A stretch of 64,000 nt of DNA from Pavona decussata (taxonomy: Eukaryota): contig CDRNST010000056.1 in NCBI GenBank assembly GCA_977016875.1, positions 2,108,001-2,172,000 of the forward strand. Direction: 5' to 3'. Each line of letters starts with the position of its first letter. Position 1 is the first letter of the stretch. Shown piece after piece: positions 22,982 through 33,854 of the stretch. Position numbers and translations under genes: made by a program. The notes beneath the pieces are model-generated. The model was not told the DNA's origin. It ran no database searches and was given only the letters and a program-made list of their open reading frames with translations.

Positions 22982-24138
22982 TGCAGTTGTCTTTTGTCTA
23001 TTGTTCAGCTCAAGGAAAGACTTCAAGCCCGTGAACTTGCGGTAGAGAGCAGTTGTGGTCAGTTTCAAAAGAGACTCCTGGTAATCGTTTCTGGGGATTT
23101 GACTCAAGAGTAGCGCAAAAGTTGACATTTCAGAACGAAAAAGTTCCACAGAAACAAGTCAAGGAAGAAGGAAGGGTAAATTTGTTGAGTTAATTGCTAA
23201 AGCTTGGCAAATTAAAGCGTACAGTTCTCTGCTTAAACTTTGATAAAGTTAAACCCAAGTCTATGAGCTTCCTGAACTTAATTTAACGCTGAATGGGAAG
23301 AATGCAGTTAACTTCTTATGAGCCTGCAGGACAGGTGAGTTGCGGCGTTTGTGACGAACACGGACCGTGATGCTCCGTGAGAACATATTTGTGAGATGAG
23401 CTCGTAAGGATTGTTAAGTGTTTAGATGAAAATTGGATCTCTTTTGCTTTCTCTTAACCAAAGAGAAAGCGACGACGTTCTTATGTACTTTTGGGCGTTG
23501 AAGATCTTTGCTTTGGGAGGAGAATTTTATAGTTATTAAGAGTAAAAGTAGAAAAAGGCAGCACTTAATGATTAAGAGAAGTATACAAGCATGACTGCCT
23601 TCTCTTCATCACGTGCAGTTTGGTCACGTGTCGGTGGGGTTAATTTGATTGACATTGCTATCAAGAATGATGTCACCTCCACTGGGGACTTGTGATGTCC
23701 CTCGCAAGGATTTTGCCTTTAACAAGGACTGTCAGACATTTACGTTTCCTTAAAAGCACTTGGAGCTGTTCAAATGTTACCTAAAAGACAATGTAAGCCG
23801 GACTTAACGGTTCTTTTTTTACGCTTGACGGCGGTTGACCTCTAGGTAATATTCAGCCTTTTAGGTTTCTGTCATTGATCTAGATCTTCATGTTGTCAAA
23901 CCAGGTTTGAATAGACATTCAGTTGCGCGAATAGTACATTAGGATGTTTACGACGGAGTTTCTGTCTAAATAGACGTCCTTGTTTGACTAAGGATTTAGT
24001 TTTGCGTGAAGGTGGCCAAAACCTTTTGTAACTCCGCATGTGAGAGTTTGCTTTGCAGGCTCGTAAACTGGATATTTTTCCTTCTAAAAGCGGTGCTGGT
24101 CTGCGTTGATTCATAACCCCTTTAGCCCCAGTATCAAC

Positions 24139-24242
24139 TGGTCTCCTACGCAGGCGTTATTAGGGTCGTCACGCAACGCGCTCCCCACTAACTGCCCAGA
24201 AGCGTTGCGTGACGACCCTAATAACGGCTGCGTAGGAGACTA
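24139..24242. mobile_element. Short foldback MITE
   Basis: gtctcctacgcaggcgttattagggtcgtcacgcaacgc / gcgttgcgtgacgaccctaataacggctgcgtaggagac; 9-bp TSD agtatcaac/agtattaac. Confidence 0.85.
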
Positions 24243-24285
24243 AGTATTAACATGCGTATTCTTCTCACTACTCCGCATATGTTTC

Positions 24286-24541
24286 TTTTTAAAAACTGGA
24301 TCATTGTATAATGCAATTCGAGCAATTTGATTGGCTTAGCGGCCATGGTAAGGAGCCATTGTACCATGCCCGAGGAGTAGAGACCACTTAAATTGCCTTC
24401 TAATTGTTCTTGATTGGCGCAATCAGCAAAACCTACCAATATTTCTTGATTGTTTTTAATAAAACAATTATTCCACTCACGCTTGTTGGATATGAGATGA
24501 TTATGGCCAACTCGAAGCTACGCGCCTCGTTGGCTATTTAT

Positions 24542-24576
<35 letters not shown>

Positions 24577-24580
24577 TTAA
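24286..24580. mobile_element. Hairpin-capped palindromic element; inverted copy at 60592-60870
   Basis: Palindrome aacaattattcca...gttggatatgagatgat...atcatctcatatccaac...tggaataattgtt; the body matches the reverse complement of 60592-60870. Confidence 0.85.
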
Positions 24581-26569
24581 TGGTACTATTATGGAGAGTT
24601 TATTTCGATATCAAGACAACAATATTTGTTTTTTCTGATAATTTTGTTTATTCTCATTACCTACACCTTTGATCGAGTAGTGACATTGTAAGGAGACATT
24701 GCATGTTGATCGCTATTGGGGCTGGTCGAAAAGGTTATAAAACAGCAAGCGACATTTACGCGGGCAGTGCTAAAATTGCACGTTAACTGAAAGGTCGACT
24801 TTCTAGCAAGGAGCTGGTAATCTTAAAAAAATAAAGTAAATAAATAAATAAAACGCGAACTATGACTGATTTGTGCACTAAGTAGTCGAATGTTACTGCG
24901 TACCGCGTCTTGACTTGGAAAGCGCGCGGGACTTGATGCCACCGTTTGAAATACTAGCCATCTGATGGGAGACGATCTGTACAGCTTACATGTAGAAGTT
25001 ACAGTTCCCATAGCAACCTGTAAGATGACGAAGCACGCTTCAGCTACACAGTTTCAAATAATAGTCGTTTCTGCTCAGCTACATGCTACAAATTTTTCCA
25101 GAAGAAGAAATTCCATAATTTTCCCACGGGGGAAATTTTGCAGAAGCTTTTTAGTGTTTTAATTTGGTTTCGTTTCGTAGCTTTTTTATAGTTCCTCACA
25201 AACATTGTATTTCTTTTCATAGCAGGACAATTCAATTTTATCATCCCGAATTGTACTAACCATTGACAAGGCGTTATACAAAGGCTTTGACATTAGAAGT
25301 GGGCTAAGGCTGTGAAAAATCTATAACATTAAGTGATTTAACCTCGATAAACCTAATTTCAGGGGTGGTACTAATTTTGTGGGCTAGCCAATAGATGCAG
25401 AAAACCTTGGGAGAGTTCCTCTCCCCCCTAGATTGAATTTTGTCAATGTTCATTGAAACTGACGTAAGTTCAAAATTCCGTTTCTTCAGCACTCAATAAA
25501 TTAAAGTAAGTACGCCGTGGAATAAACTTCGCCCGCTGATCCTTAGAAGCCAATTAATCAGAGCAAGATTTCGACGCTGCGCCCTGAGTGAGAATAAATA
25601 AAACTTTAAAACTCCCTTAAACAGTTAAAAGCGATGGTTGATTTAACACTTGCTTCATTATATCAACCTGTAAACAGGACGTTCGCTAGCGAGGGACGGA
25701 TAAGTACTTTTCGTGTTTAAAAGCTTCCCTCTCAGAATCATTGTTTTGATGCCATTCGCCATTGTTTTTGCTATTATGCAAATACAAACTGGCCTTCTCC
25801 CAGACCTTGTTAGTATAAACAATTTGTTTTACACCACAAGAAAGTACATTTGTCTTGTAGTCTCCGGGGTAATGAATTGAGAGAAGACGGTTTCAGTGAT
25901 GTTGTTTCTCCCGTGATATCTAGTAATCAAAAAAACAAAAAGTCGGGCAATTTAGAAAATGAAAGATATAGTAAACAATGCTATCACCCGATAACAACGA
26001 ATAGACTTGAATTTCAATGACACCTAATTATGAGTCGAAGGTAGTTGCAGTTTTAATATAGGCTTGAAAAACAACAAACATAAAGTTGTTTGGTTTGCGA
26101 GGGAATTACAATTGGTGCATGCAGCTGCGAATAGCTTGGTACAAATAGCCTGATAAAAAGCGATAGATGAAAAACCATTTTTTTATACCTTAATTAATGA
26201 AAGTGCTAGGCTATGATTGCAAAGTGCAAAGAGACAAAAAGAACAGATATTACTTTTCCTCGCTCTTAATGGTAGATCCTGAATACAATATGAATACGAA
26301 CAAACAGCCAGTATGTTAATCTGTCCATGCCATTATGCAATCTGCACTTAAATTAGACTTAGTTTTTTCTGGAAATCGTGCATCTGTATTGTACACGAAA
26401 GATCGCGATGCAATCGCCGCAATTATCTGTAGCAATATGGCAACTTAAACCTCTCCGCAAGAACGAATTTTCTTAGGTTTTCGATTTTCTTTCATGAATT
26501 TGTTCTTTGGTTGTCCCAGCTTGCGATAAAAGGAAAACTTCGGCTTCCAGTAAGATCGCAGAGTGCACG

Positions 26570-27541
26570 ATGGAACCATTCATGTTTTACGATGGTTATC
26601 TTCTCAAAGTCACCTTTCCTCTCGCGGTGGTCTTCATCTTGTTTGGTTTGTACACTGTGATCGGAAACACGCTCGTTTGCATCGTCTACTTCGTCGATCC
26701 CTTCAAAAATCTTCGCAGCTTGTCGTTCTATTACGTCGTTAACCTCGCCCTCGCTGATATTCTCGTTGGAGTTGTCGTGGAGCCACTAAACGTGTCAGTC
26801 TATTGGACGAGCAACAAGGACGCACTTTTTGCGTTTTACGTCTTTGCCGTTCTGTCCTGTGTCAGTTCAATTCTGAACATTTCCGCGATGATGCTAGACC
26901 GCTATATCGCCGTGCGCAAAGCGCTTAGCTACCGTGTTTTGGTGACAGAAAAACGCGTTCGCTGTTCTGTGGTACTCATATGGCTATACTCGTTCCATTT
27001 TTCGCTTTTAGCACTCGTGGGTTGGCGCGACGCAAGCTTTCAAATCTACTTGTACGCTTTTGGTGTCTTGCTACCCTCTGGTATAATGCTGCTCTCTTAT
27101 TATGGATTGATAAAAATGCTAAAGAAAAAAAGCGCCCGTTTAAAGAAGTCCTCGTGCGTTGGCGTGCAAGCTCACTCATCCACGGAAGTGAAAAGAATGG
27201 TGCAAAAAGAACGTCAAGTATCTATGACAGTTCTCATTATGTTAATCGTGTTCTTGGTGGCTTGGTTTCCTTTCGTTGTAGTGGACTTTGTCCTTGTGTT
27301 TTGTCCACACTGCCGTTCTCAGCGTCTTCTGTTAGCGCGGGACATTACTTTAACCCTGGGGTTTTTCTCATCGGGAATTAACCCCGTGTTATACGCCTGG
27401 AGGGTTCGTCGATTCAAACAAGGGCTTTTCAAGATCATGAAGCTTGAAATGAAGAACAGGATCGGATTACCACGAAAGCGCTCAAGGGTAGAGGCGATGG
27501 ATTCGAATTTCTCGCGCGTTATCGTGGAATTGGCAGTTTAA
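26570..27541 (+). CDS. Rhodopsin-like (class A) GPCR, intronless, 323 aa; orphan, adenosine/melanocortin-like architecture
   Basis: Seven hydrophobic segments; GN (TM1), NLALAD (TM2), DRY, W4.50, FLVAWFPF, CPHC in ECL3, NPVLYAWR. First ATG at 26570. Confidence 0.93.
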   Translation: MEPFMFYDGYLLKVTFPLAVVFILFGLYTVIGNTLVCIVYFVDPFKNLRSLSFYYVVNLALADILVGVVVEPLNVSVYWTSNKDALFAFYVFAVLSCVSSILNISAMMLDRYIAVRKALSYRVLVTEKRVRCSVVLIWLYSFHFSLLALVGWRDASFQIYLYAFGVLLPSGIMLLSYYGLIKMLKKKSARLKKSSCVGVQAHSSTEVKRMVQKERQVSMTVLIMLIVFLVAWFPFVVVDFVLVFCPHCRSQRLLLARDITLTLGFFSSGINPVLYAWRVRRFKQGLFKIMKLEMKNRIGLPRKRSRVEAMDSNFSRVIVELAV

Positions 27542-28190
27542 CCTCCGAACAACTCAAAAGGAGGCGTTTGTGAAGTGGATGAAGAAGAAACGAGAATATT
27601 TATTAAAGTAAAATTCGTACTAGGGTATTCATCAGTCTTTTGGGACTTGTTCTGTTTTCGGATTGAACAGAACAGTATTCCGTTGATTCTGCCTCGATAG
27701 CCGAACGAACGGAATACGGTTCGCTGAGAACAAGAGAAACTCCGTTCTTTTGGGATGGTTTCAGCGTATGGAATAGGCGGAGCTGTGTTCTTTGGAGAGC
27801 TGACATTCTGTCATTTCTGTCCAGCCCCTGAATCCATGTTTAAGGTAGCTTAGTATGAGAGGACAAAACGGAGTCACGTTCAACGGCAGTTTGTGATGCT
27901 AGTAGTAAGAGGATTTGTATTGCAAACCGAAATATGGGGCAAATTTTTTTTCAAAATATATTTCAGTTATTCTAGCCTTTGTTGTTTATTTCTATCAAGT
28001 TCACCACCTCCGCCGTTAGGATCAGTCTGCCGTCAGTATTTTGTGTTTGAGATAATTTGCCGATCGAGGTCTTCAAGTGACCCGGCACCAGTCATCGGTT
28101 TGTCAGCGCTGTGGAATTGCAGATTTTATTGCACTAGTAGTAAGTTGCGATTCCAATGTGTTACTGCGATAACTTGCGTTCAGTTTGGTT

Positions 28191-28416
28191 GAAATTCATC
28201 GCACCGATCTAGACGCAAGTTTTATCGCCGTTTAGGCCAGATTTAGACGGTACAACTTTTGCTTACGACTGTCGAATGTGACTTCAGTGGCGCATACAGC
28301 TCGCTAGTCTCCTTCGCAGCCGCTCGGGCCGGAGTCACGCAACGATCGAGCTGAAATTCATCGCACCGATCTAGACGCAAGTTTTATCTATTTATTTTAT
28401 TTATTTATTTATTCAT

Positions 28417-28451
<35 letters not shown>

Positions 28452-28843
28452 TTAGCTTTGTCCAATAGACATCGCAAGAATGTAATGACATAACAGAAAC
28501 TGAAAGTAACCGTAAATACATGGACAGGGATACCGCAACAGTCGTTATCGCCGTTTCGGCCAGATTTAGACGGTACAACTTTTGCTTACGACTGTCGAAT
28601 GCGACTTCAGTAGCGCTTGCAGCTCGCCTCATGCAGTATAATCGTACATAACTGTCCTCGTTCAACATTTTCTACACCTGACGTTTGTCGTAGGATTTTA
28701 AAACACGTTTCACAGAATCCTAAGACATTTTAAGTGTCGTGCTTGAGAAGATGTAAGTTTGATTTACGTGAAACAATTTAGATCGTAAGCTTGTCTCCAA
28801 CTTGTTGCATACAACAAAGTCGTACCGAGTCAAAATCGGCCTA
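28191..28843. repeat. Local duplication with retro-insertion and Harbinger-like MITE
   Basis: gaaattcatcgcaccgatctagacgcaagttttatc occurs at 28191 and 28353. The second copy is split by a (TTTA)n-tailed insert. MITE ggccagatttagacggtacaacttt ... aaagtcgtaccgagtcaaaatcggcc|taa. Confidence 0.75.
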
Positions 28844-28979
28844 AATTTCAACACACAATAGCCTCAGGCCTCGTTTCCATTCTCGACCCCAGGCCCAGAG
28901 CCTTTGGTTTGACTGCGCAAGTCGCAAGGTCAGTCATGCGCAAAAGGGAAGAGCTCTGGGCCTCGTTTCGGTTTGAGTC

Positions 28980-29062
28980 AATCTCGTTCCCAGAGCCTTC
29001 GCTCCCCTTCACTAGCGGTCGACCGCTGGTCAAGGAGAACGAAGGCTCTGGAAACGAGATAA
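28980..29062. mobile_element. Short CAATCTCG-family MITE
   Basis: caatctcgttcccagagccttcg / cgaaggctctggaaacgagat; flanks ggtttgagt/gttttgagt. Confidence 0.75.
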
Positions 29063-30114
29063 GTTTTGAGTTGGCGTTCGTAAGCCTATTCCATAGCTCA
29101 GTGGTAGAGTAACCGACCACCAACTGGAAGGTCACGGCTTCGACTACCGTTGGGAGGACTCAGATTCTTTCTGAGTTTATTTCAACTAGAGAACGCTTCT
29201 TCATTGATTGACCAAGTCGTCATTACACTTATCACACGTATCACACTTACTGGTATCGAATGGTCCCTTAAAATTATCTAGTGCTCGCAAAATTTAGGCG
29301 AGTGCTCGTTTGCTCGTACTCAAAAAATTTTTGCAATTGCTCGCATGCTCGGAATTTTTTTTTAAAGCTAGATTGCTCGAAATTACGTAAATTGTGGTTT
29401 GTAGGTCAAGTTTTGGTGCAGAAATAAATCTGCGTGAGCTCCTATGAATCTGGCTGTCAAGTTCAGTTGAACGCACACGACACTAAACATAAGTCAACAT
29501 ATGTTATTCTTAAGATGTAATTGCGGAGGAGTCACTCAGACCTCGAGGCGCATTCTAACAAAAAAAATCGTGTGAAATTAAAAAAAGAAAAAAAAAGCCC
29601 TGGGAAGGAGGTTGGTAGTTCGGTTTTTCAAAAGCGTAAGAAAAATAAACGCCTTGGGTGTTTAATCTGAAATAAAAACATTTGAATCACCGATAAAATT
29701 ACTTAGGCCTTTCGGTACATACGTATTTATCAAAATACAGAGCATTAATCAAACTTTTTAGTTTCTTTTAGAATTTCATTTTCCGCCAACGTAAGGCCTA
29801 AGATTACTTTAAAAACTGTTGTTTTGAAAAGAAAAGATATCGAAAAAGGAAAACATACAATCAAAACACGCGAATCAGTGCCCTGCGAAGTTGAGATGCT
29901 GTGCGTTTTACCGCTTGCAATACGCAATGAAACATTTATAGCCTATACACACAATATACCTGACCGCTTTTGGCCCGTGATAAAATTTACACGGATAGGC
30001 GTTCTGTTCACACTTTACATGTACTTGCTATCTGCACCGCCTATACCCCTCTGAAATCCGTATTCAGGGTGTAACTAGTGTGAATGTCTTGGTGGATTTT
30101 TTGAATAAATGTCT

Positions 30115-30592
30115 GGTGGTGGTCTAGTGGTTGGCGCGTCTGAGTTTTTCGGTCTGACGGTCGAAAGATCGGAGGGTTGGTGGTTCAAGGCTACAACAAG
30201 TGTCTAAGTTTTTAAACAACAATGGTATGTAGTGCAATTAAGGAACGCGGCATCTTTTGCTGCGCGGTTTTAAAAGTTTCAAACCAACATTGAATAGTAG
30301 AAATGGAAGGGATACGCGATCAAGACGAACCGAAAGTGTAACAACATATTGTCACTGGTTGTAGATTGGTTTCTGCATTCCTTTTTGTTTCCTTAGACAA
30401 GAAACTATGCTCCACATTGTTTCTTTACCTAGTATCTCGCCGGTTCCCATTTATACATTTGCTGGGGGTAAACCTGCGATAGACTAGCATCCCATTCAGG
30501 GGGGAGTAGCAATACTCCTAGTTGCTTCACGCTACAGAAACCGGGTGAAGCTTCGCCCGCATGGGCCACTTTGATTCGTAGTGCGACTTCAG
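30115..30592 (+). mobile_element. Decayed tRNA-derived SINE
   Basis: A box tggtctagtgg and B box ggttcaag; later tccttagacaagaaact and ctgggggtaaacctgcgatagactagcatcccattcagggggg...ttgcttcacgctacagaaaccggg. Confidence 0.65.
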
Positions 30593-32804
30593 CTACAACC
30601 GTACGTGTATTCAAACTGTGCGGTATCAGTGCTAGTTTCGTAACGGCACAATCATCGCCCACAACCAACGTTTTACACCCTTGGGGGTTTATAAAAATTT
30701 CTATTAGCCTTTTTTCACTGACGCAATAGCAATTTCAAAATAAATATTTACCGCTACAAGGAAAATTCCATCAATGTTTTGAAAAGAAGAAACAAATACT
30801 ATATAAACTGAAATGTGATTAAAGAAAAGAGTGTCATTTTTGGCCGAGTTCTAATCTTGAGATATGAAACGTCGCATTGTTTTCAAAATTAGGATACACG
30901 ATGACTATGCCACCGTTTTAAAGTAACTGCCTTCGTGCTACCTTCGTGCCAAAGCAAATATAGATATCAGTGTTTTCTAATTTAAGGTAAAAAACGCTTT
31001 TGTGCTTTGAACAGAGCAGCAGTTTGTTTGTAAGATCGACGTGAGAAGGTGTAGGTGGTTTTAAAATTTCATTTTCGTGTATACGTGATGCGATTTTCAA
31101 CAGCCGATGAATCGAACGTCCTGCTGAGCCAATATTTAAACATTTCAATTATTTAACCTGTTTTACGTTTGTGCTTTTTTTTTTTTTTACAGATAAACTC
31201 GAAAACGCCAATTAAAACTATTTCTTTTGGCATGAAGCTATTATCCATAAAACGGAAAGAAACGCTTTAATTTTATTGTCAAGCAGGCTCTTCCATATTG
31301 AAAATATATGTTAATGGTGTCGTGTTTGAAACGCGGTTCTTTGAAAGATTCCCATTAGAGGAGCTACGGGCTTTATTTAACTCTGATGTTTTTGCAACAA
31401 ATCAGAAATTAGAAGACAGAAATGTAATTAATAATTCTGCCCGTGAAATGAGCACACACCACATCTCGATTTATATTCTCAGGAAATCGTTAAATCCTCA
31501 AATTTCATTTCCCTTTCACTAAATTTCACTGAAATTGGATGAACAGATTACATAAAGCTGTTTTCTCGTTGTTGAGAAATAAAGCTATGGATAAACTCAA
31601 GCATTACGTTAAATCCAGTGTTTTAATTATGATTGTATTTTACTATGATTGTATTTTCTTTTTCACTCTGAAAGGCTAATATCCGCCATAAGACTAACAC
31701 GCCGTTTGTCGCCTTTGAAACCATTTTCTTTCATTATATTATTTATTACAATGCCTCGTCAAAACATGAGGCAATGGCACAGATTCACGCACGTTCAACA
31801 ATGACGATTCTTTTCAGTTAGAACTTTTGGGAGTACAATTCGTTTTATGAAAAGCTGTATAAATTTTCTTTTTTGAAATGAAAACGTTGACCACGACTAC
31901 TTCTCGAGTTTGCATACAAAATAATGTCAACGTTGTGTGATTGGCCGAGCGATTTTTGTCTTGTTGTCTATAGAGTGTTTGTTTGTTTTGCTAGTGGCAA
32001 TTCAAACAGAAAATTCATATTTCAAAAGAAAGTCGTTTAAATCAAAAATATGAGACGCTAGTCCTGGTTCACAGCATAGTCACAGAACAAATAAAGATGT
32101 GTAATTTCCTTCGCAAAGTCATTAAAAATCGACGTTTCAAATGTCAGAAATGTTCTGCGTAGAGAGCAGCAATTTCCTTTTTCTAATCGAGCTTTCAAAA
32201 TAACAAAAGAATCCAAAATAATGATTTGCAAACATAGTAACTGTATTTTTATTGAAACAAAGTAAGCCACGTTTCAGGAAGGACTGATAACTGAGTTTTT
32301 TGTGTTACAAAACTGGATGCGACTCGGATCGTTTACATACTAGCGCAGGATTTCAATCTTGTTCTTATTCTTCCGTGCGTATAATACATCTCGGCGTTTG
32401 ATCAAAAGATCAACACTTTAGGATGACGTAGTGTAGTGGACTAACGAGGGGAATTATTTATCGGTTCGGAGACTTATCAGTAACTCAGTTTGTGAAAAGA
32501 AATCGGATGTTTTGGATTTCCACCTTAGATCCGCCATGGGCCATGGTTACGCTATGACACACCTGTTCAAATATGCAAGAATAATGACCCGGTAGAATGC
32601 GGCTTAATTGCTTTTCACAGAATGAGAGATTTATAAATGACCTGTTCATCGCGTTGGAAAACTCACATTTGTTAAGAGAGCGCCACTTCCCGTTCAGACC
32701 ACTACAATAAGTGCATCGCGCCGTTTCTTATCTAAAGAAGTATTTCGAAAGAAGCGACGGGTTTATATCGACCCAGTTTGGACTGCGGTTTTCCAGTTGC
32801 CAAG

Positions 32805-33854
32805 ATGAAACTTTACATGTTTTACGAAGGATATCTCCTGACACCAAACGCGGCGTTAGCAGTCGTATTTATCATCTTTGGAATTTATACCGTTGTCGGC
32901 AATATTCTGGTCTGTGTTGTGTACATTCTCGACCCGAGCAAAAAATTACGGCGAGTCTCCAACTCGTATTTTGTCATCAATTTAGCTGTGGCAGACATTT
33001 TGGTCGGGATTACGGTGGAACCAATAAACGCGGCAAGCTACTGGTCCCAAAACACCGACGTTCTCTTCAGCTATTACATTTTCGCTGTGCTATCATGCGT
33101 TTGCTCAATTGTGAATATCTCAGCCTTAATGGTGGACCGTTTTCTCGCCGTCTGCCGACCGTTTAAGTATCGATCTCTCGTCAAACCGAATCGCGTTCGC
33201 ACGGCAATTCTAATTATCTGGCTGTTCTCTATTCACTTCTCTGTCCTGCCCTTACTAGGTTGGCGAAGCGCGAGTTTTACAGTTTACCTATACGGTTTGG
33301 GCGTCTTATCCCCCGCAGGAATAATGTTGTTGTCTTACTATGGTTTGCTGCGTGCGCTGAGAGAAAAAATCGCGAATTTGAAAAATTCCGCGGATAGAAA
33401 GCAAGCAACGCACGTCAGGAACATGGTAGCACGTGAACGGAGGATTTCCATGACAGTATTTATCATGCTGATGGTATTCCTTGTTGCTTGGTGCCCGTTT
33501 GTCATTGTGGACTTTGTGTTGGTATTCTGCGAGAACTGTCGCTCTGAAAAGCTGCTTCTCGCTCGAGACATAACACTTACTGTTGGTTTTTTCTCGTCAG
33601 GCATAAATCCAGGGTTGTACGCGTGGAGAGTTCCGAATTTTCGGCACGGATTAATGCTGTTGTTTCAACATGGTTATAAAACAAAATCAAGACTTGTTCA
33701 AGTCGCTCCGTTGGGAAACGACGGTGTAAGCATAGCTCCTGATTCGCAGAGTTTTTGTTTTGGTAAAACCGAAATACGTGACGCTGCTGATGCTAGGAGC
33801 CCAATACAAAACAACAATTTAAATTCTCAATTGTACACGGTTACTGTGGGTTGA
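32805..33854 (+). CDS. Rhodopsin-like (class A) GPCR, intronless, 349 aa; tandem paralog of 26570-27541
   Basis: GN, NLAVAD, DRF, FLVAWCPF, CENC, NPGLYAWR; colinear with the upstream GPCR across all seven TMs. First ATG at 32805. Confidence 0.93.
   Translation: MKLYMFYEGYLLTPNAALAVVFIIFGIYTVVGNILVCVVYILDPSKKLRRVSNSYFVINLAVADILVGITVEPINAASYWSQNTDVLFSYYIFAVLSCVCSIVNISALMVDRFLAVCRPFKYRSLVKPNRVRTAILIIWLFSIHFSVLPLLGWRSASFTVYLYGLGVLSPAGIMLLSYYGLLRALREKIANLKNSADRKQATHVRNMVARERRISMTVFIMLMVFLVAWCPFVIVDFVLVFCENCRSEKLLLARDITLTVGFFSSGINPGLYAWRVPNFRHGLMLLFQHGYKTKSRLVQVAPLGNDGVSIAPDSQSFCFGKTEIRDAADARSPIQNNNLNSQLYTVTVG

Noticed and set aside
22358-23149. 251-aa and overlapping ORFs after the Kv stop
   Set aside because: Derived from nested palindromic MITEs; mirror-image peptides appear on both strands.
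29092-29215. tRNA-like sequence (tagctcagtggtagag...ttcgact)
   Set aside because: Has A/B-box similarity, but I could not form acceptor and anticodon stems; more likely a decayed SINE head.
26570-33854. Opsin or aminergic receptor identity for the GPCR pair
   Set aside because: No Lys at 7.43 and no Asp at 3.32.
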